Part shown: positions 50,619 to 63,431 of the stretch, one piece after another
Layout: every line of letters begins with the position of its first letter
Position numbering within the stretch: position 1 is the stretch's first letter
DNA from: Hydrolagus colliei
Taxonomy: Eukaryota
DNA length: 64,000 nucleotides
Assembly: GCA_035084275.1 (NCBI GenBank)
Contig: CM068752.1
Span: 2,852,001 to 2,916,000, forward strand
Reading direction: 5' to 3'
Program-made: the position numbers and the translations under genes
The notes under the pieces: model-generated
The model's database searches: none
What the model was told of the DNA's origin: nothing
The model's input: the letters and a program-made list of their open reading frames with translations, nothing else

Positions 50619-50970
50619 CATTTCACTCTGGCTAAGATGTTCGCAAACAGCATGTTATCCTCTCGGGAATACAGGTGGCTTCATATCCACGGTTGGGGTA
50701 CCACAGGGCAATTGGAATAAAGCGGGTAAAGTTCTGAAATCGGTTCGAGTCCCGTCTCTCTCTCTCTCTCTCTCTCTCTCGTTCTGTTCACAGTGTCGAA
50801 ATATACTGCTTCGGGTTTTTAGCAATGCTCCCGTCCCCAAAACTCTCTCAGTCTCTGTCTCTCTGCCTCCACCCAAAGGGCGGTTTTAGATTTGCGGGTG
50901 AGGAGGACTTGTTTTTGCTGATGAACAAAGCGTTTTCAGATCTCATTTAAACCTCCTGCAAAACTGGAGA
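50619..50970 (-). other. HTR4: Probable HTR4 5'UTR first exon (5' boundary unknown)
   Basis: Strong donor ATG|gtaaga at 50619/50618. CpG- and (AG)n-rich surroundings resemble a promoter or first exon. A second donor-like gtaagt lies at 50975-50970. Confidence 0.5.
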
Positions 50971-51309
50971 CTTACACCCAGTGAAGAGAGGAGATGAATA
51001 TGTGGCTGGACCTGGAGTGTTGTTTGTGTGTGTGCGAGTTAAGTGAATGAGTGTTCAGAACACACCAGCCAATGCTCTCTCTCTCTCTCTCTCTCTGCAA
51101 GCTTAGCTGGCAGTAGCTTGTGTGGCTAGGAGAGATTGATAGTGAATGAAGGGAGGAATCTCTGTCTGTCTGTCTGTCTGACTCAAGTTTCTCTACAACA
51201 ACCCAGTCGCCTTGACAAGGCAGGGCAGAGAACATCATTTCCTCATGAAGCAGAAACGCACTCACTCTTCAGTTACAGTTGTGTTATATGTTGTGTTTGT
51301 AGTGGAGAT

Positions 51310-51617
51310 GTGGAGTCCTGTAGCTCGGTGATTAGAGCACTCGCCTCGCAAGCGGGAGACCTGGATTCGATTCCCGGCCAGGGCGAAACTTGGGCAAGTT
51401 TCCTTACTCCGCACACCTGATAATAATCCCTCAAGAGTATAAAACAATAATAATTTGCTCAATCAATCCACGACTGCCCGTGGGACGCTGCTGTGCGCAA
51501 TTGGCTGCCGCGTTTCGCCCACAAATATAGTCAATTCACTTTACAGTGTTTTCTGTGAAACGCTTTGAGACGTCTAGAAGACATGAAAAGCGCTATATCA
51601 AATGCAAGCATTATTGT
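51310..51617 (+). mobile_element. SINE, short form
   Basis: Full copy just upstream of the putative HTR4 promoter. Confidence 0.9.
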
Positions 51618-54261
51618 TAGCGCTTTTACTCGTAAGTGTAGAGACTGTGCGAATACCTAACTTGAATGGAACAGAAATGTAAGCACTAAGAATAATACTA
51701 CAGTATATTACGTTAGCTGCAGTATCATTTGTGCCAGTTTATAAGCAGTCATTGTATGAGAAAGCTATGCTATAACTAACCTCTTAAAGGTGTAAGTTGT
51801 AACCGCTTGCTCAGTGTAAGTTAACATATACCTACCTGTTACAGCCGCTCCAAATACTTTTTTTGGTTGTAATATATAATAATAATCCTTGCATTTGATG
51901 TAGAGCCTTATCACATTTTCGCGATGTCTTGCAGCGCTTCACAGTGAATTGTGTGACTGTAAAGTGAATTGATAGTATCTTTTGTGGGCAAAACACAGAA
52001 GCCAATTGCGCACGTCAGTGTTCCACGAACAGTCATAGTCCTATTGAGCAAATTCTTATTATTTTTAATTGTATTCACCTAAAATATAAACATTGTACAG
52101 TAAAAATATACCCACACAAGAGAGACGAAACATTGACTTCATACATAGAATATATAATTCTATATATTCCAGGCAGGGTGAAATCTTGGGCAAGTTCCTT
52201 TACTCCACATGCCTGATAATAATCCCTCAAGAAAAAAACAATAATAAATTGGTCACTTCAATTCACAACAGTGTGTAGGACAGTGCTGTGGCTGCTGCGT
52301 TTCATCCACAAGTATACAGTCAATTTCACTTTACGGTATATTCTGTGAAGCGCTTTGAGACGTTTGAAAGACGTGAAAAGCGCTACGTCAAAAAATGCAC
52401 GGATTATTCTCATCATTATATCCTAAACTATGCTGAAGAGAAAAATAACTCGGGCGTCACCACATCACATCGATTTGTAGTACAGTATTCAGAGTGAGAG
52501 AGGGCAAAACATGATGAAAGTACGGGGCGAGTGGCTCAGAACTGCGTTATCTTCCTAAATTAGCAACAATTCGAGTTCGTGTGGCAAACCGAATGAAAGA
52601 ACAGCGCCACGAACTTGGGTGTGAGTTTATACAAAGTGCTGAGGTTTTACTTTGGAGTGAAATCCGCAAACTGACAGTGGACCTCGGGATAAGTGGGCTT
52701 CCAATCTCCCCGTCTTTCATCATTGTAGCCTTTGATCGAGGCCAGTTATGAAGATGATCTTATTTCACCGGCAGTTTGTTGTGCATCACACATGCATTTG
52801 GCTGCGTTGCTTTCATCAGATACCGAAGTTCACAGTCAAACATACAAAGTGTGGAGCAAGTTTGAGCAAGTGTGAGCAATGTCAGAATCTAGGTAGCCGT
52901 TCCTTTGATTTTGGAATGGAGCAACCAAATACTGACGTTAAATACGGTATATACACTTTAGAACTCCATCCCATTCTTTTCTTCAATTCATTCTCAATGC
53001 TTTGTTGGCTTTGCTACATCAAACTAATACTGATTAAAAAAAAATCCAATGCAAACAAATTAGATTAAGATCTCTCCGCTCTCTCGATATTTGGCATTTA
53101 CAGAAAGATTTACATCCAAGTTCTAATCATTGACATCTTACAACTTTTTATTCTTGTCCATTAGTGATGAATGTAAAGGTGGAGCAGTTTGTTTCAGGAT
53201 TGTATGCTTGAACACCTAGCGGACCATCAGAAGTACGCTGGTAGTGAAAAACGCGCTTCATTTGAAAGCTGCAAATTCAAGTGGCATCTACTACAGTTAA
53301 TCTCTAAATGGATGAACTAATTCAATATTTATTATCTGAATACATCTGCTTTTCATATTACTTGCCAACCAGGTGCCAGGCTTGAGTGCGAGATGGTTCA
53401 AGCCCCCGATTATACCAATTAATGACCCATTATAAAGTAGGCAGACTGACGATAATTACAAACGGCACAGAATGGGCGCTTTGAGAGCTAGTGTTACAAT
53501 TACACAATGGAATGAAGTCAGGCTTCAGTGGGCTGAATTATCAATGATTATGGGGAATGTCTCACATCTTTGAAAGTAGAGTTCCCGGAGTCTAATAATA
53601 ACCCTTGCATTTGGCATTAGCCAAATGCAACTTATTCTCACTTATTCGAGGTGCCTGCCTCAAAGCGCCTCACAGAATATACTGTAAATATACTGTATTG
53701 AATTGACGGTATATTTTGTGGGCGAATCACGGCAGTTAATTAAGTAGAGCAGTGTCTCACAAACACTCGCGGATTGACTGACCCAATTTTTTTTAAGGAA
53801 TAATTGCCCCCGGAAAAGAGATCCGCCAATCGACGAACAGCTGGGATAGGGGTGTGTGTAGCAAGGAAACTTATCCAGTGTTTTGCTCTGCCTGGATAAT
53901 CACCTTGGATTGTGTGGGCAGTGACTATATTCACACACACTATCCACACACACTTTCTATTTGGAAAGAAAATGACTGATTTTTGCATTTTGGTCGTCTC
54001 GTAAAGGATTAGGACTGAGAATTTTAAAAGCTTTTTGAAGACTATGTATAAATAGTAAAGAATCTTAGCCTCATAGAGAAGGTTTAATTTACAATCCAAT
54101 ACTTTTGACTGCATTATAAATGGGCGATAATTGCTATTGTGTGTCAACCTTAAATTCCTATGTTTTGTGTGCCTTGTGAAAATGATTCTGTACAGAACAC
54201 AGAACAGTTGGAGCCAATAAACAGGCCAATCTCAGACTGAGTAAGGACAGGTTTCTGTCTC

Positions 54262-54378
54262 TTTGGACAGTGTAAATATAGAGAAACTATTCATACCGGT
54301 CTCCGACTTGGTAACTAAAGGGAACTGCTTTGTGGTAGTCACCGAAAAGAAGAAAGGGAGAGGTCAGGAGAATTTAAT
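54262..54378 (+). mobile_element. CR1-type LINE internal 3' remnant
   Basis: gtaaatatagagaaactattc...ggtaactaaaggg...aaaagaagaaagggagaggtcaggagaattt. Confidence 0.5.
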
Positions 54379-55660
54379 GTTAAGTTAAAAATAATTAGTT
54401 TCTTCCCACCCGGCTCCTCATAGCCCTGCAAGCCAAAGCACTCGCTGTGTGCAGATGGAATGTGTCTCATCTCCTAACTTTGCTTTTCGTGCTGCCATTA
54501 AGCAAGTCAGATTGGCGTAAAAGCAAAACATCGGGATGGCATCTGATTGATTCAGGCCGCGCTAAGCAGAACACTGGAGTTGGAGGCAGAAATGGATACC
54601 AGTTTATATTGCACTTGATTTAGAGGAACATTTTATTTGGTTTGTGCGCTGGCATCTCGATTGTACAATTGGAGATTGCATGGCACTCAAGTGACTACTG
54701 TACTAACTCTGTAGGGAACGAAGCAATGAAAGCTTTAATTTTAATATGGACCGAGTAATCCAATTTGAAGGTCATTGAGTCTTTTTACATTATTTATTAA
54801 GGAGACATGGTTGTTCTCATTCAGTTGGTTGTACAAACTGTCAGAATCTGCTCAAAAGATAATCATCCAGTTATGCTGAATGATTAGGTGTAGTGTCACT
54901 CAGAATCATTTTTGGCTGTGTAGGAAATTCACCCTGCAAAGAAAATCTATTTCATTTTTGTCATGGCTTCTTAAATCAAACTAGCGACGAGAATCCATCC
55001 GGATAGTTTACATTCCCTGAACCCTTATGATAAAAGGATGCTGTGTTTTATTTTGCTTTCAATTGAACAAAGCCCTTCCTTGGGGGTAACTTTTCTTCTT
55101 GTCTGAGAATGTCAAGAATCGTTCCTGAGACCTTGGTATACCCAACTGATGATTCTTCGTGATTGAAATCACAATGTGTATCTCAATACAGAACGATATC
55201 AAAATCTATAACTTGAGTCAGTATGCTTCCTGCATCACAGAGCATTAGCGGAGTAGTCAATGGGTAATCTTTTGTTAATTATACCAAACAAACTGAACAT
55301 AATTACATACCTACATCACAGTGTGGGATGTATGTACTGGCTGAGCGGCATTACACAAGTGCCAAAGTGCCAGTTAAAATGTTACTAACTGGATCACAAA
55401 ACGATGGGAAAGCTTTCTGAATTATGACTCAGTGTTAAAAGAGTTAGACATTAGTAATGGCAAAATTGAGAAATGTGGTTAACATGAAGAATATTACGAG
55501 CAGTAAAAGGCAGCACTCACAAATGATTACGTACAATGTGGAATAAAAGTGCTTTCTCCTCTCAAGAGCTGCCAGCGGTTGTCATTAACTCCAATGTTCG
55601 AGAATAGCATCTCGCTGTGAACCAATTGTTTATCTCTCTCTCTCTCTCTCTCTGCACAAA

Positions 55661-55676
55661 TGCCACCTAGAGGACA
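55661..55676 (-). promoter_or_regulatory. Candidate CTCF site between SLC26A2 and HTR4
   Basis: The - strand reads gtCCTCTAGGTGGCA, one mismatch to CCACTAGGTGGCA. Confidence 0.45.
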
Positions 55677-56494
55677 CTCACTTCACATGCCCCCCCCCCC
55701 CACACACTTTTGTTTTTGCTCACAGAGACAACTCGTGCGATTTCTGTCCATCATTTCACGCCTGACCTGAAATTGGTGAAATAAAGTGCACTCGCTCATG
55801 GGGGCGTAAGATGGAACAAATCGCCACAAAAGGCGCCAAGGCATTCAAACGAAATAAATGGACATGTGTGTCACAGATAAGGATACGAATGGATATGGGA
55901 AACAGAGCGGCAACAGGAAATTGTTCTGCCTTTGTACATTCGAGTCTTAAACAGTGCCAGTAAATATGAAATATTCTGAACTCTTATATTTAGAATATCC
56001 TGAAAAAAAATTACATAAACCAACAGAATTCTGTTTGTGGGACACACAGCGCTGCGTACAATCGGCTCCCGCGTTTCGCTCAGAAAATATTCAGTCGATT
56101 TGCTTTACTGATATTCTGCTCAGTACTTTGAGACATCTCAAAGACGTGATAATATGTGCTATCAAATTGCATGATTTATTATTAGAATCTAAGAGCTTCC
56201 ATGATAGATCATCGCTGTCCATATCATTCTATATTTTCCCAGAGTTTGGTCTGAATACATTAATAATCTAATCCTCTCTAATTTAAAGACAGAAATCATG
56301 TAAACCACTAGCTTTCCACGGAATAATCTTTGAACAATCAATTCTAAAACGAATCCAAAACACACAGTTAACTTTTTGCTTTTGTGTAAAGCACTAGTTC
56401 TACATTCGAATGGATTAAATAAGACTGCTAGGGGACAGTTTTAGAGTTAGTAATTGGTATGAAACAGCCCAAACAAAAGTGTAATGCAGTTCAT

Positions 56495-56500
56495 TTTATT
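56495..56500 (-). promoter_or_regulatory. Candidate distal SLC26A2 poly(A) signal
   Basis: AATAAA on the - strand closing an AT-rich UTR-like stretch. Other candidates lie at ~60824, ~57948 and ~57962. Confidence 0.35.
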
Positions 56501-57044
56501 GAACAGGTAGAAATCAGAATAGAAACAGATCTGTAAAAGCCAGAATTGAAGCGAATATACTACAAATAATTGATTCATTTTTGTTAGAAAATGTTAAATG
56601 TTGACGATACAAATATTTTGACACACGAACCGTCAATGGAATAACTTCCATTCTGGATACTATGGATAGGAAGCAAATTGGAGTTTTGCAATCTGGACAA
56701 AATCCAATCCTTTTTATCTGAACGCATAAACACCATTGAAGAATTTCCATTGATGTACAATGGGACAATATTTTTTTCTTTTTAAAGAAAATCATCCATG
56801 GCTCTCCAGTGCAATGTTCCCAGGGTTCGGGTACAAAATAAATTCAGGTTTAAATACCAGTCATAACGCAAAATAATTTCACACATACAAAACATTGAAA
56901 TTTGACACTATTTTCGGTACATTGTGGAGTTTTGACATGACAAATATGACACATTTTAAAATTGCGATTAATGTCAAGACTGATCATTACACAGTAAAAA
57001 TTTAGAAAAGATTTCAAACACATAGACATGGTCATTCAACTCTT

Positions 57045-57625
57045 CACAACAACAACAGTTACATTTGTACAGTGCCCTTTCATGTCGGGAGGACGTCCCC
57101 AAGGCAATGTTTTGGACCCAAGCTGGGGGTCGGGATAAGGGACTGTGAGGGAAGGAGGGTGATCGAAGGCACGGTCGAAGAGGAGGGTCTTGAGACGGAT
57201 GGTGAAAGTCAAGGGAGTCAATGGAGCGGGCAAGGTAGAGGGACTCCGAGATGGGGTTCAAAAGGGATGGGGGCAGAGTGGCTCAAGGTTTGCCTGCCAA
57301 TGATGCGGCAGGCATGGCGGGGGTCATAAAGCAGGCTGGAGCCACTAAGTGAAGGTTGGTAGGGGGTAAGGAGGTTGCAGAGGTAGTGGAGCAAGGCCGT
57401 GGAGGGCTTTGAGGGTGAGGACCAGGATCTTGAACCTGTATCCTCTATGTGATGGGAAGCCAGTGGTCGGGCAAGGATGGGGGTGATAGGGTAACGGAAC
57501 CTGGTGAGGGAGAGGTCATGGAGCCTGTTGAGGGAGAGGCTGCAGAGTTCTGGATGATCTGTAGCCTATGGACGGAAGATTCGGGGAGGCCGACAAGCAG
57601 TCAAGCCTCGAGGTTATGAATGTGT
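57045..57625 (-). mobile_element. L2 3' fragment (~580 nt)
   Basis: atccagaactctgcagc (IQNSAA), cactggcttccc, ttcaagatcctggtcctc and [10 protein letters not shown] segments plus the tail. Confidence 0.88.
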
Positions 57626-58153
57626 GTATGGACGGATGTGAGTCAATGTGCGCACGTTTGTTTTGTGAATTAAATAAGTAATAGTTTTCATATCATTTTC
57701 AGAACGCTCTTTGTTAAAGGTCAGATGACTAACACAATCTGTTACAAGCACAACTTTCAAATGAGAGTAGAAAAAAAAGACTTTAGAATTCCAGAAAACC
57801 CATCATTTAAAAATAAGTATAAATAAAGTTCTCAGACATGTTTCGACACTGGCTTTTGTAAAGTTATAAATATCAACACAATGCATTAATAATAATACTA
57901 ACAAAATGCTACAAGTTCTGAAACCAAAACAATTTAAAATTATATTATTTATTCGCTTCCATTTATTCTAATACGGGATACACCATAAGAAAGAAAACTG
58001 TAAAACACCATGTACAGCTATCTATATACTGTAGTACCTTTCACATCAGAAAGACATCTGAATATATTCCATCACCTGGCTGAGCGAATTTTGGTGGGGG
58101 TGTAGAGGGGAGGAATAAAGTCGAGGGCAAATGATGTAAATTTTTAGTTACTT

Positions 58154-58515
58154 AATAATAATCCTTACATTTGATATAGCACCTGATAATAATAATAATT
58201 TGATATTATTATCATCAAATCCTCAAGACATTTCAAAGCACTTCACAGACTATACTGTAAAGTGAATTGACTGTATATTTTGTGGGAGAAATGCGACAGT
58301 CAATTTTTCACAGCAGTGTCCCCCAAACAGTCGTGGATTGAGTGACTAATTTCATTTTTTAAAAAAAGGAATTAAAAAAAGATTTGACTAACCACCAATC
58401 GACTAACAACCAGGTTCCTACTTACTGCTAGGTAAACAGAGGTGTGTGGAGTAAGGAAACCTGCCCAATCATTTCACCCTGCTGGGAATCAATCTCAGGT
58501 CTCTGCCTTGCAAGA
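58154..58515 (-). mobile_element. SINE, long form
   Basis: Extra block ctgtttacctagcagtaagtaggaacctggttgttagtcgattgg. Confidence 0.85.
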
Positions 58516-58904
58516 GGGGGTAGAGAGGCTGAAGGCTCATCCAGTGATGGTGGATGGGATGGAGTAGATGAGCGGGGGAAGCAGAAACTGGCTGGTATTT
58601 CTCGAGCAGAGAGTACGGCTCTGGGCAGAATGTTCACAGAGGTAGAAACCAAAAAAGTACACACATCATAATTTCTAACATCGCTGAATAACTGTAGGAA
58701 CTGCATTGGGATTCATGTGCAAATATTGATAAAAGGGTACAGAGCTTAGAGCTCAGTTCCTATAAATAGGCACTGATAAACCATCGTACAAAACAAATCA
58801 CATGTATTCTAAAGGTAATAATACTTTCTTATTAAGACCCCCCTTCATATTAATTTGGTAAACATTACAAAAAACATTCCAACGAGTGCAAAGTGTTCTG
58901 GATA

Positions 58905-59230
58905 TAATAATAACAATCCTTGTATTTATATAGCGCCTTTCATGTCTCCTAGATGTCTCAAAAGAGTTTCACAGTATACACTGTAAAGTGAATTGACTGT
59001 ATATTTGTGGGCGAAACGCGGCAGCCAATTGCGCACAGCAGCATCCCACAAACAGCCGTGGATTGAAATGACCAATTTTTATTATTGTGTTTTTTGGGGG
59101 ATGGATTATTATTAGGCGTGCGGAGTAAGGAAACTTGCCTAAGGTTTTGCCCTGACCTGCCTGGATTCAAACACAGGTCTCACGCTTGTAAGGCGAGCGC
59201 TCTAACACACTGAGCTACAGGAGCTCCACA
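58905..59230 (-). mobile_element. SINE, short form, near consensus (young)
   Basis: Retains many CpGs; head, body and tail are complete. Confidence 0.92.
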
Positions 59231-59899
59231 TTTGTATTATTCACAGATCAATCACTCTCCATTGAGATGAGTTATTATTACTATTATATTATTATTATGA
59301 TGATTAACCCCTCCACCACCACCACCACCCCACAGGTTAATAAAGGTTGGACATTACATGTTGAACTCTCAATTAAGATATTCCGGGCAGTGAGGATATT
59401 CTAACAAGTTTTTCCAATTCAAATGGGGAAGAAATTGTCCCTGAATCTAGGGTCGATGTGATTTGTGTGACATTTCATTTCAATTTCCCAAATACACCAT
59501 TCACTTTGAGAACGCTTTTCTGCCAGTTCTGCTCAAGACTAAATTTGAGTACCTCGCCTCAACATTACACCACGGATTTGGAGCTGATGGTATCTGACTT
59601 CAAAGCCAAAGTATCTTTCCTTAAAACAAAGTTATCACCAGTCTTTATATCGCAAAATGGCACCGGTCAGTATTTCATGAAGAAAGTACAGTTTTATGTG
59701 TGGCAATTTGACATCTCGTCACCTCCTGATTGTAGCAGCAAATTTCATTATTGACTTGAATTCAGTCACAGACTGAAAATCAAGGCCGATAAATGCTTAA
59801 AACCAATGCGTTTTCTCTCCAGTCAAGTTCATTCAGTCACAGCTGAATTCATTGTGTGCAGGCGAGATTTTCAACACAGCCATAAAAACAACCATTATT

Positions 59900-60405
59900 T
59901 GCATTTTCACAGCGTCCTTCATAAATGCAATTTATGTAGTGCCCCTCATCGCAAGGTAGAGACCCAGAATGCTTGACAATGGCGGAACACGACACCGAGT
60001 TGAGGAGTGGTGACTGTAGGCACGGTCAAAGTGGAAGGTCTTCAGGTGCGAAGTGAAGATGAGGAAGGAAGGGGGAAAGGCGGAGGGATAAGAGGAAGAG
60101 TTTTACAATGTCTCGGGGCACAGTGACTGAAAGTGTGGCAGCCGATATTGGAACGGAGGGCGAGTGAGGGGCATGTAGAAAGCCGGAGCCAGTTGAGTAG
60201 AGGCATCGGGTTGTGGGGTGAGCAAGTCAGAGAAGTAGACAGGTGCCACGGCATCTTCAGGTGCGATTTATAGACGGACAGGGAGAGGGGAAGTTGGGAG
60301 TGATTGGGGGGACGGGGGTTTGAGAATGGTGAGGCACAGTGGCTGAATGCACAGCTGTCATTGTCGGAGCCGAGCGTACTAGGGGCGTGTAAGAGGCCAG
60401 AGCCT
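59900..60405 (-). mobile_element. Older L2 3' fragments (two partial units)
   Basis: AFSHCAS and TFSHCAP motifs and YKSHLK in ORF 60042-60497. Confidence 0.6.
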
Positions 60406-61059
60406 ACTCTAAGCAAAGTCGCTGCTTTGCAAATGCCAGTGGGCAAGGAAGTCAGCCTTACCCTGAAGCACAATTGTATAAGGTGATGGTTCCCCACCCC
60501 AGCTCACCAGATGTGCTTGCTTCCTGCAAAGGACGTTTTCTCTCCCAAACTTTTTACTGCTTAAATGAAACATTTCAACCAGCCATAAAGTGGAAATGTA
60601 ACGATTCAATGAAAATTTAAGCCAATTTCTTATAAAAAATACATTCCCCCCCCCGCCCCCCCCACCACCCCATTTTGCAGATGACTTTTACCCTGTTTTA
60701 CCCTGTTCTTAAAAATGTTTTAAAAAAACTTCAAAAAGTATTACTGTATTTGATAAATTTGTGAGAAAAATATCAGCTGAGGGATTATAAGATTGTTGTC
60801 ACGAATGTGATTATACAGAAATATTTATTTCCAATTAATAGGAGCTATATAGGATTTTTAAGTCCTGTCTAGAAGAATGGATTCTCCTGTGTAAACGTAT
60901 AGGAAATCCACATTCAAAAGAGAGATTTCGCACATGAAATGGTTTCGTTCCACGTTTTTCCCCCCACCCCCCAAAAAAAATGACCCACAGACAGGAGTTG
61001 CCCCTTTGACATTCTCTCTGAGTGGTGTCACAGTGAATATTCGCGTCTAGTGACCGGTT

Positions 61060-62565
61060 TCACACCTCGCCATTGCTTTGCCTCGTGTTTAAGACGTACT
61101 TCACAGCGTCGTGCACGCTGCAGAACGCCAGGGTGTTGCTATCGCTTCCCTCAAAGTAGTCTCCTCGCCGAAGACTATTCATCACGGAGGCATTGCAGTT
61201 GGCGAGGAGGATCTGGATGCCGACCCGCTTGTAATCGCAAAGGGTCTCCTTCACGGTGGCTATACCCGCCGAGTCTAAGAAGTGAATGGCCGAACAGTCG
61301 ATGACAAGCGTGTGGAAGTCAAACTCCGGTTTGAACAGTTGCGTCGTCACCTCGTACGACTTGCAGCCCTTGGAATCGTCCTGTTTCTTTTCCCGCAGGT
61401 GAATCTTCCTCTCTGCTTTCTTCTGAGCCATTGTCACCTGAGGTGGGTTGACTCCCGTCTGTTTGTACAGTGCCGACTTGAAGCCCTCTTTGTTCGCGTA
61501 GTACAAGGCAGCCTCGAACCGGAATATCTTGATTCCCGGTACCATTTTGAGATGCTTGTACATCGCCAGGTCTCGGTAGATCTCAGTGCCATCTAAGTGG
61601 CCGAGGAGAGACGCACTCGGCAGCTGAGTGCGTACAATGACGCAGAAGATGGAGAAAACCACTCCAATCAGGAGGCCGAGTTCAGTGCTAATCAGAGCCG
61701 AGGACAGCATAGTGACAAACCATATGCACGTATCCACTTTGCTCACGTGCCACATTCTGGGCAGGTCGATGAACTTCCTCAAAGCGCCTCTGAGATTTAC
61801 AATGGTCACCACACCCAAGACGCATTTCTGAAGCGAGTAGAAGAGGGGAGCGATCACGAGGAGGACAAGGAGCAAGACCAGACTGGTGACTATGCTGGAC
61901 AGTTGGGTCTTACACCCCGTGGACTCCTTCACGAGGGTTTTGGCCAAGGCCGCGCTGGTCGTAAAGCAATGGAAAAACGACGGGATGATGTTACAGAAGC
62001 CGATGGCGAACATTTCCTGATTGGCTCTCACGTTGTAGTTATGCTTCTTTGCGAACATTTCGGACAGCGAGACGGTGATGGCAAAACCGATGATGGCAAT
62101 GGGGAAGGCGCCAGGAGCCACACGACCAAGGATGCTCCAGTCTGGAAGGGACGGTGGCTGGAATCCCTTGGGGATCTCCCCAGAGACACTGGAACCGTAT
62201 TTGGAATTCAGGTCTCCATAGTGCGAGATCAAAGTGGTAATGATGACAACTAGGAGCTCGCCCGGAATCGGTCCTTTCATCTTCGGCTTGCACCTCGCGT
62301 TGACCTCTTTGATGGGTACGAGGACTAGGAGACACAGAATGCTGGTTATCAGGTCACATACGTTGGTGTGATGGATATTTTTAAAGATCTCCACCCAGGT
62401 TAGCACAAGCGATCCAGGGCCTCGGGGCTGGTTGATCTTGATGCCCATGAGGTACTTCACTTGTGACGTGAGAATGGTCAACGAGGCTCCGGTGACGAAA
62501 CCACCGAGCAAGGAATCAGACAGGTAGACCGACACAAAGCCGATCTGGAAGAGGCCAAAGGCCAC
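61060..62565 (-). CDS. SLC26A2: SLC26A2 last coding exon (TM domain and STAS domain)
   Basis: tttcag|GTG (the ORF track start is a Val at the acceptor). Contains [37 protein letters not shown] and STAS motifs [14 protein letters not shown] and [15 protein letters not shown]; TGA at 61062-61060. The two-coding-exon layout fits SLC26A1/A2, and the residues favour A2. Confidence 0.95.
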   Translation of the reverse strand: MAFGLFQIGFVSVYLSDSLLGGFVTGASLTILTSQVKYLMGIKINQPRGPGSLVLTWVEIFKNIHHTNVCDLITSILCLLVLVPIKEVNARCKPKMKGPIPGELLVVIITTLISHYGDLNSKYGSSVSGEIPKGFQPPSLPDWSILGRVAPGAFPIAIIGFAITVSLSEMFAKKHNYNVRANQEMFAIGFCNIIPSFFHCFTTSAALAKTLVKESTGCKTQLSSIVTSLVLLLVLLVIAPLFYSLQKCVLGVVTIVNLRGALRKFIDLPRMWHVSKVDTCIWFVTMLSSALISTELGLLIGVVFSIFCVIVRTQLPSASLLGHLDGTEIYRDLAMYKHLKMVPGIKIFRFEAALYYANKEGFKSALYKQTGVNPPQVTMAQKKAERKIHLREKKQDDSKGCKSYEVTTQLFKPEFDFHTLVIDCSAIHFLDSAGIATVKETLCDYKRVGIQILLANCNASVMNSLRRGDYFEGSDSNTLAFCSVHDAVKYVLNTRQSNGEV

Positions 62566-62619
62566 CTGAAATAATCAAATAAAACCGAGTGATTGCTGTG
62601 TGATGTGACTCACTCCCCC

Positions 62620-62820
62620 ACCAAAAAAACCCACACAATAATAAAAATCGGTCATTTCAATCCACGACTGTTTGTGGAGAAGCTGCTGTGTGCAATTGGC
62701 TGCAGCGTTTCGCCCACAAATATACAGTCGATTCACTTTACAGTATATTCTGTGAAGCGCTTTGAGACGTCGATAAGATGTGAAAAGCACTATATCAAAA
62801 TGCAAGGATTATTATTATTC
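62620..62820 (+). mobile_element. SINE 3' portion in the SLC26A2 intron
   Basis: Family body and tail, 55 nt from the acceptor. Confidence 0.85.
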
Positions 62821-63431
62821 TTCAATAGCCTCAACTTGGTTCAGATGGAATTTTTCCATCTGCTATGATTGCAATCATTCCTCTCCACACTACGCTGCCT
62901 TGCCTACGTAACCCTGTCGCTTTAATGTATTTATCTGTTGATGAGGCATTGTGGTCCCGACTTTGCTGAACTGTACTGGATCTCGCACTACACTGCGAAG
63001 GAAAAGATTGCTTTTGGTGTAGATAAAGGTTGGGCAAATTGAAACAAAGTCCACAGGTTAATGATTAATCACTTGCAAAGCCAAGGGATTTGGCCTGTGA
63101 TAAGTGGCCACTTTGGTCTGTTTGAAGAGTCCACAAACGCTAGAGTGTGTCTCAGCCATAAACCGAAAGGAATCAATCCAATCTATTATATTAATAATCA
63201 TTTCATCAATATAATTCGTGCACAGTCAATCTGCTTTACAGTATATTATGCGAAGCGCTTTTAGAAGTCTGGATAATACAATAAGGCACAATATCAATAT
63301 CAATATCAAATACAAATATTATTATTATTAGTACAAGCATCTATGTTTCTGCATTGCTGGCAACTGCCCTCCTCTCATTTAGCCGAGTATGTATTGTTGC
63401 ATTGTGCATGGAATACAGATGGTGGGTCTAC

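Noticed and set aside
50619-50653. MLFANILARVK as the primary HTR4 start exon
   Set aside because: The exon at 46330-46255 fits mammalian exon size, phase and sequon better. This segment is kept only as a possible alternative.
51312-51385. tRNA gene (A box, B box and anticodon-like stem-loop), here and in other copies
   Set aside because: It is always followed by the SINE body, the anticodon position varies among copies, and there is no clean acceptor stem. It is a SINE head.
61050-62335. Overlapping ORFs on the opposite strand or in other frames of SLC26A2 (also 41065-41511 in HTR4)
   Set aside because: These are shadow ORFs of GC-rich coding exons.
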